From: an uncultured Planctomycetia bacterium
Lineage (GTDB): Bacteria; Omnitrophota; Gorgyraeia; Gorgyraeales; Gorgyraeaceae
Reading direction: 5' to 3'
DNA length: 64,000 nt
Assembly: GCA_964415355.1 (NCBI GenBank)
Contig: CAYPYS010000001.1
Location: 283,819 to 347,818 of the forward strand
The notes below the pieces were generated by a model that was given only the letters and a program-made list of their open reading frames with translations, made no database searches and was not told the origin of the DNA. Positions 42,001 through 54,000 of this stretch are shown here, in pieces. Within the stretch, counting starts at the first letter, position 1; every line of letters begins with the position of its first letter. Made by a program: the position numbers and the translations under genes.

Positions 42001-45000
42001 CAAGAAAAATACCGCAACAATAACTCCTATAATAGCTATAAACGGATTTCCACCAGCCCCGGCAGAATAACCCACGTCTGACATTAAAAATGCCGTTAAA
42101 ACAACGGGAATAATAACATATGCTTTTGCCTTGATCGCCTTTTCTGCCTCTGTTTTAGGCAAAACTAAGAAAGGTATCAACCGAATAATATCCGAGATAC
42201 ACCCTGCAAGAAATAAAATATTTATCTCACCAAGAAAAATCAGAACATGTGATCCACTGTTCAAACCAATACGAACTAATATAAAACCTGCGATACTGTG
42301 TATAGCTGCAGGCATTATTAACGTAAAAATCCAACCCAAAACAGAATCAGGGAAAACTTTAATGTCAGCTTCAAAACCCATAGCAAATCTCCTTACACTT
42401 GCTCCCTCTGCCCCAAACAATCTAGCTACCCATACATGAATCATTTCATGAAGTAACGTCAGACCAAAAATAGCTGGTATCACTAATCGAGCAGCATCTG
42501 TTTCCTTCCACACATTTTTTAAAGAAGCCAAACTTACGGAACCATTTAAGAGATCAGATATAATCCCATAACCAGGGATGCCAAGTAAAACGATATAGAC
42601 GGAAATTACGAAAATGGAAATGATAGCCACTGTTAAAATTAATGGAGCACTTTCTTCTTCTGGATCATTATCTTCTGGATCACTATCACCCAATCTGCTG
42701 TATGCTTTGGTGTTTCTTGCAATAATCATTATGATTAAAAGTGCTGATGCTGCAATTAATATTGCTTTAAAAATCATTTGAGATGTAGCAGGACTGAGAG
42801 TAAGTTCAAGTTGCTTTGACTGCTCCACGGCAGCAGTCAAAGCTGTTGCGTCCTGAGGCTGCGGTATATATGTATCAGCTATAAGTCCTCCGAAAAAACC
42901 TATCAAGAAACAGATAACCGCAGGGCCAAAAGAAGTTCTATCTCCTGGCTCTTTTCCTAATTCTGAAAGGCCTAATCCGAATACCATCCCTACAATTCCC
43001 AAAACAACAGCAGTTACTAAAGGAGTAATTTCAGTGGAAGAACTTGTCTCTGAGTTTACGCAGCCAGATAGGAATAAAAGAACAGATAATATTAATAATA
43101 TAAGCGGGGCTCGTGAATACCAAGAATCTCTATCTTCTGACTTAGCAAAGATAGAACCCATGAATAGAAAACCAAGAGATTGCTTCACACCTGCGGTGCT
43201 CGCAATGACAGGACTCAGTGCGCCATTAAAATTAGCAGCAACAGGCATCATAGAGCTTGAAATTTCTGACGCTATAAAAAAATGATAGATTATTAAACCT
43301 ATAATAACTAAAAACAGAAGCTGGAACATGGCTTTGATAATTTTTTGGCGCATTGTAAGAGGAGGGCCAGTTTCAATACATCCTCCGCATTGTACAACCT
43401 TACTAGGGATCTCAACGGATGGGTTCAATTTTTTGCCTACTATTCCTAAAATAATGTGCACAAGAATAAATAGAATGCCTCCTATCCACGCAGCTGCTCT
43501 TAGAGAAAGATCTTTATATATCAGAAGCCACCCAACTCCTAACATAAGCAAATTAAAGATAGACCATAAAAACTTTCTTACTCTTATATATTCCTTAGAT
43601 ACATTGGTGTCAAAGACAACGTAGCTGCCTCCACTGCATTGTGCACTTTCCCCTGTATTATGCTTACGCTGGCCAATACCTAAGATAATGAACATAGAAA
43701 CATAACTTTCCGTTTCAGGCGCGAATAAGCCAGAACCAAATATTTCACCCCAGGTAGACAATACAATACTAAAATTCTTCGTAGCTAACCATGCTGCAAT
43801 AGCTGCAACACCAAGAAGAACCAATCCTAATTTAGGTCGTTTATTTAAAAAGGATGCGATAGCGAACCACGTAGCCCCAATTATAGCAGCAGAACCACCT
43901 ATGGACCATAAGATAGGCTGTATTAAAAGATCCTGAACGCCTTCTGCGCCATGATAGATCTTCCAACGGTTAAAAGGCATGACTACTTTAAGATCGAATG
44001 TCAGCTTCGCATACAATGCAAACAAAATAGCAAAAACAACAAAAAGTGCAGCGCCTATCACAATCATCCAAAACATGGCTTGATTAGTAAGTTTTGTTCG
44101 AGCGCGATATAAAATCTCTCTTTCACTTGGCGCAGCAAAATCTTGTCGTGCTAATTCTTCTTCCGTTTGTCTCCGCGGAAGTTCTTTTTCAAGAAAATCT
44201 TCAAAAATATTTAAACGCTCATCGTCAGATCCGCCTCTTCCTGTAGTACAAAATAATACTGGCAATAATATATCAGGAGAAGCAGGGAGATGTGAAGTTA
44301 AGAGCTCTATCGCAGGCGATATAGCGGAATTTGGGTTATTATCAGGCAACGCTGATATTAGACCTAAAACTAAAGCGAAAATAACAATAATTGCAATAAT
44401 ACAGAACGCAGTCGAAAATTTCAGTTTTTCTGATGATTCAATATAATCATATTGTGTTTGTGTAGCAGAGACTTTCCCTAACTGTTGCCTGCGTCTTCTT
44501 AGATCCTCTGTAGCTTTTATTATTTTTCTTATGACTAAGGACATAATGATAAGTAAAACAACCTCCCCTGCTAAAAAAGCATATGAAAACGTATTTGCAT
44601 CTTCACCATGATGTCCTGGATGTCCTGCGGCTAGTACTTGAGAAATAGGAATTGCTGAAAGGATTAAAGCAAAAACAGGTATTGCGAGGATCTTAAGAAG
44701 TTTATACCATGGAGGGCTGCGTGGAGACTTGTTATTCCTCCAACCTTTCGATCCAAAAAGAGTTGCGACTATAAGCGCAGAACCAATAAGAGATTGCTTT
44801 GCGAAGTTTATCCCGAGCGCAGTCGAGGAACTCGCAACAACATCCTTGCCTGCCATAGCAATCAGAGACATATTGTCGAATAAATTCGTAAACGATATAG
44901 AAAGCCCAAAAACATGTCTAAAAGGAGTTTTTAACATCCAGATCAGATTTCTCCAATCAAACAAATCCAACACCGACAAACATCCTATAACAAAAACTAA

Positions 45001-48000
45001 GATAATAACTGAAACTATTACAGGCACTCGCCGCGCCACCTTTTTCTTTATTTCTTTATATTTTTGACCTGCTGCCTCTCTTCTCCTAAGATTTTCTATT
45101 CCTTCTGCATCGGGTCTTATGATAACTATAGCCTCATTATCTAACTTTAAAGAATCCCAATAAAAATTAAGGATTTTGTCTGTAACAACACCAATTAAAT
45201 TTATAATACTATGAGCCATTATAGCGGCTAACATTCCGGCAAGCCTCCCATATAAGATATTGCCTATGGTATAGAGAATAAGAAAGAACCCCCTATAAAG
45301 AAAATACACGATTCTAGTTTTTGTAGAATCAGCACTATGAGCAAATGAAAAAATACCACAAAGGACAACCGCCCCTAATATCAAATTATTGAGCATTGAG
45401 TCAAAGACAATGACATAACAACCAATGTATAAAAATTCCTCAAACAAAGGAAATATAGACACCTTGAAGAAACTTGTTACTATGCTCTTTTCCGGAAGCA
45501 ATCCGTTTATTAGAGGGGCTTGTATAAGTATTGATGCTTGCACAGCAAGCAGAGTAAGAATATGCCATATTAGCAAAGAAAATCTAAAATCTTGAATTTG
45601 GATTAAATCAAAAATATCCCATATCAAACATGAAGATAAAACTACTGAAAAAACAAAGAATATAACTCCAGAACGCCATGAACCAATAATATCTAAATCA
45701 TTTTCTTCTGGATACTTTGCAGTTAAGATCTTTTTCACTAAACGCCATATCAAATAAAACTCAAGAGTCATTATAATAAAATTGGCTATAAGAGCTCCTG
45801 TTCTAATGTCAAAAGCCCTGGCAAGAAGGATTAAAGTAAGAGTGGGTATTGCGAGGATCTTAGCAAGTTTATACTTAGGCGGGCCGCGGGTAGAATTGCT
45901 GTCTCGCGAGCCCTGTGATCCAACAAGACCCAAGAACATAAATGGAAGACCGGCAAGAGATTGCTTCGCTTCGCTCGCAATGATGGAATAGATTCCCGCT
46001 TTCACGGGAATGACATTGGTTGTAGAGAGGAAATAGGTTATACCTATGAATAATAATATTGCGGTTGCTGCTGTGGGGGCTGCTGGAGCAGTTGGCTTAG
46101 CTGAATCGCCGTTAGTCTTTTCATTAGCTATAACTATCACTTTTTTTAAATACTTACGGTCTTTGATAAAATTTTCGTCTTCTTTGAACCACTCTATATC
46201 AAGAGCTGGGAATCTCTGTTTGTCATTCAATAAATCACGCATCTTTTCAAAGACCTTTGAAGCCAAAGCTTTTGCTTCAAGATAAAGCTCTATAATGCGT
46301 TCCTTGAGTTCCTCATGGGAATCCTCTTTAGCTATCCTGCTTAATGTTTCCGCCTTGTCAAATACCTCATCTACTTCTTTAAGAGCCTCTTCGATTTCGT
46401 ATCTAAACAAACGCTTCTGAGCCGTTATAGTCTCTATCTCCGCACTAAATAATTCCACAACTGTCTGGGATGAGTAGACTCTATCTTTTTCGTCTTTTAA
46501 CAAGCTATAGTCATAATTATCATCGAGTGAGTTTAGTAACTCACGTCCTTCTTGTATCTTTCTGTAAGCTGCCCCAGGATTAGGTTCTCTACCAGGCTCT
46601 GCCTTAGGATCTTTGCCTGGTTTTACTCCTTTGAGTAATTCTTCTGCTTGTAAAATAATTATTGCAAGACGATTCTCAAACCTTGCTAATTCCTCTTCAA
46701 TAAACTGTCTACTGATATCATGTATTATGCCTGAGAAAGTTCTTATATTGCTAATATATTCACTATTTTTTATATTCTCAGGTGCTGCTTTTAATACATC
46801 TATTAATTCATTGCATTTCTCATGTCCAAGCACTCTATCCCTAGTCTCTTTATGCGCTACATAGATATCCTGCACATAAGGCACCAGACTAATCACAAAT
46901 TCTGTTATCTCTATTGCCAGAAGCAATGCAATACGGACTGCTTGTATTTCCTCTAATGACTGCCATAGATTGCCTCTATCGTCCTCTCCTGGTTTGATGA
47001 TCTCTAGTGCTCTAGAATAATTTTCCAAAGCCCCCTCATAGTCACGTGCGGCAAATAAATGCCACGCCTCATCGGCATAATCTGCCAGTCGGCTCTTTAT
47101 ATTCCTGAAAATTTGAGCGTTTTGTATTGCTATAAGGCTGGTGTAGATCTCGTCTGCTTCAGTAGATATTTCTTTTAATAAAGCATCGATATCATCATGC
47201 CTGATAAATGAAGTAGGCAGCCTCATTTCACGCAGTAATGCCTCTGGATCCTTTAAGGATTCAGCCAGGTTAAGGGCCTCGATCAAGTTAGGCTTTCCGT
47301 CTTCTGATAAGGCTTGTTCTATTGCTTTTATCTTTTCCATAGATGCTCCAAGCCATTTTTCTATACGCGCTGTCCTTATCCTTATCGTATCTGCTTTAAT
47401 CCTTTGTGGTTCACCTGTCTGTTCAGTAGTAATTCTTATAAACTCTACGAAATCTTTCCTTTGCGTAGCCAATGCTTCTTGTTCTTCCCGTTCTGCCCAT
47501 TCTATTCTTTTATTTCTAAGCGCCTTTACCACCATAACTGGATTAAACATCTTTTCAAAAATAACGCTATCGTCACCGGCAACCTCTATCTTAACAGTGC
47601 CATACCGAAATACATTTGCCCAAAATCCCTCCAGCAATGCCTCTTCGCTCTGGATCTTATCAAATGGTATCTCCTTTTTGTCGCTATCTTCTGGCGGGAA
47701 GCCAGGAAATGTCGGTATCTTAAAAACAAACCCTATCCTGTCTTCTCTTAAGATAAATTCATCATCTTTCCAATCCTCAACTGCATACCAGAACTTGTAT
47801 AATGCAGCCAATAAAGGTACAGCAGCAGAAATAATAGCTCCTCCGCCTATCACTCCCGTTAAATCCAGCAAGAAAACTATCAATGATATTAAAACAATAC
47901 CTTCGGAAATAAGCCCTGAATAATCATTTCTCTTATCCTCTTCATCATCCTCTTTTTTATTAAAATTAAAAGCTGCTAGATGCATTAAAAATATCAATAT

Positions 48001-51000
48001 TACGCTTATGCCGAGCCAAACAAGAATGCCGAGAGAAAATACTTTGGCAACAGTTAAATAGAGCATGACCGTAATTGCTCCATGTGCTAATAAACTTAGG
48101 GCTGGCAAGAAAGCCTGCCCTATTAAAATAAACGGGTGTTTACGATAGTAAATCTCTTTATCTTCTGACCAGCGATGCGCAGGGAAAAACGGCAAAAGCC
48201 TTTGCTCACTTCCTATGTTTTTCTGCTCTATTTCTCTCATGGCCTTCTGACGAGCTTTTTCAGCCTCTACTCTCTTTAAAACTGCCTCATCCGGCTCCAA
48301 GCCTCTTCGCCTGGCAATCTCTATATCCATAAGATCTGTATCATGCGCTGCTCTTCTCTTCTCCTCGATCTCCTTGGCTTTCTCTACTATAGTTACTACC
48401 TCTTTTGCTTTAGCCGCAGAAATGGGCCCAAATACTATCTCTTTCTTGTGACCAGCTGAATCTATTTCAACAAAGCATGTCCCAAAAATACCCTGTAAAA
48501 AAGTCGACTTTATGCTATTATGCTGATATTTTTCCAAGTCTATAGACACATCTGCTCTTAAAGAAAATAATATGTTTTCAGTCGCTGCGACACGCCTGTC
48601 AGTAACTACAATAAAATCATTTACAGAATCATGCCAAACATAAGCCAAAAATGCGCCATATATGCCTAAGACTATTCCGCTTGTAAATATGAATGTACTT
48701 AAAGACATGATCTTTAAAATACCTAGCTTAAAAACAAAGAATGGTAAAACAAATATCGTTAAGGCTAAAAGAGTAACAGGCAGAGCTATGCGTATTAATA
48801 GGTGAGAAATATGTTTTGTCTCGCAAAACAAGACTTTTTCTCCCTCTGTAAGCCATTTGAAATCCTTGCCTTCTAAGACTGGCAATTCTTCTTCAGCGCC
48901 ACCTTCAGTTACTACTATGGCATCTCTAGGAGTTTCGTTAGTCTCATATGCCACTGGCGGAAGATCAGTAGCGACACTGATCATGGTATCTTTGGTCTCT
49001 GATTCTTCAATTAAAGTTCTTAAAGCACTGAGATCTGGTTCTTTTGCCACAACAGGGATCCCTTCTATTGCAGTTTTTACTGCTCCTGCAATGCCCTGGC
49101 CTATTTTCTCTATTTCTTTCACGATATCTCTTAGGTTATTCTTTATGCGCGCGCGAATAATACCTATTTTAGTATTGATATCTGTCAGTTCGACTTTTGG
49201 AAAATCAAATAAAACAGGCTCTGGTACTTTCTTAGATATAGGTATTGATGACAGATCGAGATCGCCTCCAGTAAGAGGAGACAATAACGCATGGCGCTCA
49301 CGACCACCGCGAGACAATGATTCTCTAAAGCTATCGCTGAGCATGTCTTGGCTACGGGAAGAAACTTCTTCTCCTGCTCCGAATGAAGCCATTACTGCTG
49401 TTGCAGTGCCAGCAGCTGCAGCTCCTCCTGCAGCTATCTCTGCTGCCTCTGCAACTCCTGCAGCCAATTCTGCAGCCGCAGCCATCCTTCGCGCTTTCAT
49501 GATACGAGAAACAGCAGTTATTGCACCAGTTAAACTCGCAAGGGAAATGCCTCCGCCAACACCCATTAAAACAGCGGCTTCGCCTGGCTCTTTACCTGTA
49601 ACAAACATTATGCCGACAACTACTACTGTTACAAGGCCTATAACAAGGCCTGCGACAATGAGTATCTTTGCCAAAAGCGAGACCTCGCCATCTCCATCTT
49701 CATCATCTCTATCTCTTCTTCTCGGCCATTCTCTTTCTGGTCTATCCTTCTCAACAGGCCTATCCTTTGGCTTTATCTCAAACTTTGGTAGTTTTGGAAA
49801 CAAGTCACCTAGCTTAGGAGGATCCCATTCCCTTGGTTCTCTTTTAGGCCTCTCGCGTTTTACCCTAGGTTCTCTCTTAGGAGTTGGTCTTTTTTCACGG
49901 TCAGGTTTTCGTTCAAGCAATCTCTTCAGCACAGAAATAATCCCACCTGCTGCGCCTATTGCGCCAGCTCTCATCATAGCGGCGATCGCCTTAGGCGTCA
50001 GCCTCGGCCCCAGATCACTGATTGCCTGGATAATGGCGCTGGATTCTTCTTCATCATCAGCTTTTAAGAAATTAAGGACAAAGCCGACGCAATCCCGCAC
50101 CAGTGAGATTGAATCATGCAATACGGCTCCGAAATTATCGTTAAATAGTTTAGCTATCGGCCAATCTTTTGGCATCCCAAGAGCCACTAATGCTGCTTCC
50201 TCTGAATTCATGTCTTGCTGCGATATACCTTTCCTGCCTATCTCACTAAAATAAACAGTGTGGCTGAGGGCAATATTTATATTCGCAAATAATTCCAGCG
50301 CATAATTATCAAGGGTCTTGCGGAACTTGTCCAATGTAACGGAATCTTTATTGCCTTTCCTCGCATTTTCTATAAGATTGTCTATGATATCTTCTACCTC
50401 TAGCTTTGTCTTAAAGAGACGGTTTAGGGCATTTTGTAACTTAGTCTTGTCTTTACTATATTTATAGACATCCAGATGTTCCATGATATAGGCAATGCGT
50501 TTTTTATAGCTCTCCAGGCTATCAGAAGAAGCTCGTTTAAGGGCATTCACTAAATGATCAAGCGCATCTTCTGCTCCTTCTACTTCCAGGGAATTTGATT
50601 TTCTAAAAACCTGTACCAGCATAACAATGCCTTCATAACAATCTCTGCCGACTAACTGAAAACCTGCCCAGCGAGCGATCTCTCTATTTACTGCAATGTT
50701 CTGCTTTATAAGCTCTTCTCTCTCATCCGTAGAATCATTATTTGCTAAAATATCTTGATCGTCACCCGAAATCGCCAATTGCTCGTTTAATCTATCTAGA
50801 TCTTCTGATAATTCTTTGGCGCGCGCTTCTAACCAGTTTATATACTGATTTACGCCATCTTCTCTATCTATAAACACCCTATCCATCTGTTCTGGAGTCG
50901 TCTTTCCCAGCATTTCCTCATGGTTACGCAGCATTTCTTCTCCCTGCCTAAGGTCATTTTCCTCTGCTGCTATATCTGCAACATCAGTTTCTAACTCAGC

Positions 51001-54000
51001 CTGCTCGTCTTGTATGCCCTGGTCCTCTGTTTTTAAGCTTTCATTTTTCTGGCCTAAGTCTACTTTTCTATCATTCAGCTTTCCGTCTTCATCGATGATC
51101 TCCTGTCTTTGAGAAGACAATCTAACGCCTTCCTCTGCTGCCAGAGCCAGGTCTGTTTCAAATCTGTTGTTTTGCGCCTGCAGCTCTACCTTGTCAGTTG
51201 CTAATTGTCTTTTTCCTTGATCTAGCGCCTGCCCCATTGCTTTGTGTTGAGCTTCCTGTTGTGCCAACACCTGCAGTTTTTGCGCTAGTTCCTGCTTAGC
51301 GGCTTCCAACTCTTCATCCCTGCTCCATCTCCTTATAACTTCTCTCACTAATTCTTTGTATAGGTCTTCTATATCTTCTTTGCTATTCACGGCTTGTAAG
51401 CACTTGATCAAAAAATTAGGCTTACTTAACTGATCGATAAAACCTATGAGTAACGGGTACTCTGCTGAATCTTTTATGACTGGTTCCTGCCCTTCAGTTA
51501 ATTCTCTAAAAACTTTTTCCAGGCCTTTTAAAGCCAAGCTATCAAAGCCTTGTTCGGTTTCAATGGACAAGGTTCTTGGGTCAACTACATCATCTGGTAA
51601 TGATCCTCGCACCCGGACCCAGACTTCATCAAAACTCTCTCCCCCGCTATTCCTAATAGAAGTCAATCTTTCTCTTTCTTCTAACCGCGCTTTCTCATCT
51701 TCTGATTCCTTTCTCTGTATGGCTAATATATCTCCGGCTACTTTGTGTTCAGTCTTCTGCTGGTCCAATTCTCTTTCTCTGGCTTGCAATGCTAGCTCTC
51801 TAGCCTTTAATGCTTCTATTCTTTTGCTTAATTCATCTTGTCTTTTTCGAAGAGCAGCTTCCAGTGCCTTTAATTCTTCATTTCTTGTCTTTAGCGCCCT
51901 TATATCAGTTTCTAATTGCCGTCTTCCTTCCTCTACCCTTTCTAAATTCTTACTATAACTCTCTCTTCTATTATCAAGAGTTTCTCTCCTTTGTCTTAAA
52001 AACTCTCTTTTATTTTCAAGGCCTTGTCCCCATTCTTCAAGCTCTCTTCTCTGGCGCTCAAGCTCTTCGGCATTCTGCGCCTTTCTCTCTTCAGCAAAAA
52101 GCCCTTCATGCTGCAATGTCCAGACAAGCAATACAAGGTAAGCTGAAAATCCATATTTAAGGAGATTAAGCCTCTTCGAGAATTTCTGTACTATCTTTTC
52201 CTTATCTTCTTCGCCGTTAAAATCTATCCATACACGGGCGATCCTTCTCTGGCTATCAGAGTCTTCGCCGCTTCGTATATCTCCGATCATCGTTAGATAG
52301 GTATTTATCTCCTCGCCTGCGGTAGATTCAGCTTCGGTAAATTTCTTCAAATATGTTATCAATACAGCAATATCTTCTAAGTCTCGATCGCTGAAAAAAT
52401 TCGCCTCTATGACCATAGCCCCTGCTTCGTCCCTATGGTCGCCGCTGACAATATGACTGATCTCGTGCATTAACTGAGCTTCTATCAGAGCTAAGACTGC
52501 GTGTCGGCAAGCGCGTATTTCTCTATTCTTCTTTTCCTTAGAAAGATAGATAAGCAAATAAAATAAATCCGGACTTATATGCACTGTTGCAATGTATCTT
52601 TCAAAATCAACTTGCACGCGCCATGGCCTGCCAACCAATTCATAGTCAATGATACACTGCAGCCTCCCTCTATGCTCCCCTGGTCTTTTCTCGTCTTTTA
52701 AATAGTTAAGCCATGTCAATGCTGTGCGCTCTTTGTCTGTCTTGGGTTTTCTGCGGCTCAATAAGCTCAACCCGCTAAGCTTATTGAGATTAGAATCCCT
52801 CATGACTTTTCTTAAAATAACATAAAATTCTTTTGGTAATTCACCATTAAGTTCAACGCCCTTTATACTAACCGGCAAGCCGACCCTAAACATGCCAGAG
52901 GCCCTGACCCCATGCTCACCTGGTTTTTGCCCTCCAGAATTAGGGTCAACGTGTGGCGTTGTCGGATCTTCCGGAGTTTTAAAAGGTTTGATCACCCAGA
53001 CTGGTTTCCCGTCAACAGCAACATAGTGCTTATCTTCCTGATGGTCATAAACAGCTCCTTCTTTGCTGCCAAGTAAATAATCTTCCCAGGTCAAGTGACG
53101 CATGACTGTCTTCCAGATCGCATTCTGCACACTTGGAGAGCTCATAGGATCACCTGGTGGAAGGAGCGGCGTGACTTTAGTGCTGGCCAATAATTCAGTG
53201 CCTTCGTCGGTTTTCCCGTTATTCATCTTATTAAAGGCCTCTACTGCCATCGTCTCCACTACCTGGTCAGGAATCCTATCATCTCTAACAGCTATGTCAC
53301 TGCGGTCAAAGCCAGAACTTGCCAGGTTCTGGGCCCTCTGTATGATTTCTTCTCTCTGCATTCCTGCTGCTTCATCGCTTCCTAACCAAGGTTCATACCT
53401 ATTTACAAGCTCTCTTGCTCCTGTAGATAATCTTGTCTTAGAATGCGCCTCTTGGCCGCTAGCAACAAATCCTCTGGCTTCCGCAAAAGCATCCCAGGCA
53501 AATTCTACTGCCCGTGCCAATTGCCCTGGCATCCCGTCTATCTCATCTTCTACGGCCTGCTTATCTCTTTCTAATACCTCGACATATCTCGTTAAAGCCT
53601 TGACAGACTTTGATAGATCACCCAGGTCTTCTACTCCTTTTGTCATCTCTTCTGGCCGACTATGCATTACTGACTCTGCAACTCTATAACCATCGATGTC
53701 AACAACCACGTTATCCCCAGCCTGAGCTATGTCAACTTGCTTACCAAGTTTCCTCTGTATTGTCTTTATAAGATACTCATTGAGTTCCCTAGAGCGCATT
53801 GCAACAGTAACCCGGCGGCCTGGCGTGGCAGCTATTTTTTTCCTGACTGCCTCTGCCCTCTCTATTGCAGCCCTGCGCTCAGCTTCGCGATATCGTATAG
53901 CCTCTACCAGGACTTTATGAGCTCTTTTCAGCCGCCTACGTTCCCTTGCGGCTATCGTCTTTACTTCCTGTCTCGCTTTAGCTTGTTTAGCTTTAACTTC

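Noticed and set aside
34171-46015. CRISPR array or integron cassette array
   Set aside because: The repeats are degenerate, kilobases apart, irregularly spaced and translated; no cas gene or integrase seen
48857-50254. 465-aa plus-strand ORF, the longest in the track
   Set aside because: Ser/Ala-rich antisense shadow of an Ala/Gly- and Arg/Pro/Glu-rich part of the giant ORF; same phase as the other shadows and no motifs
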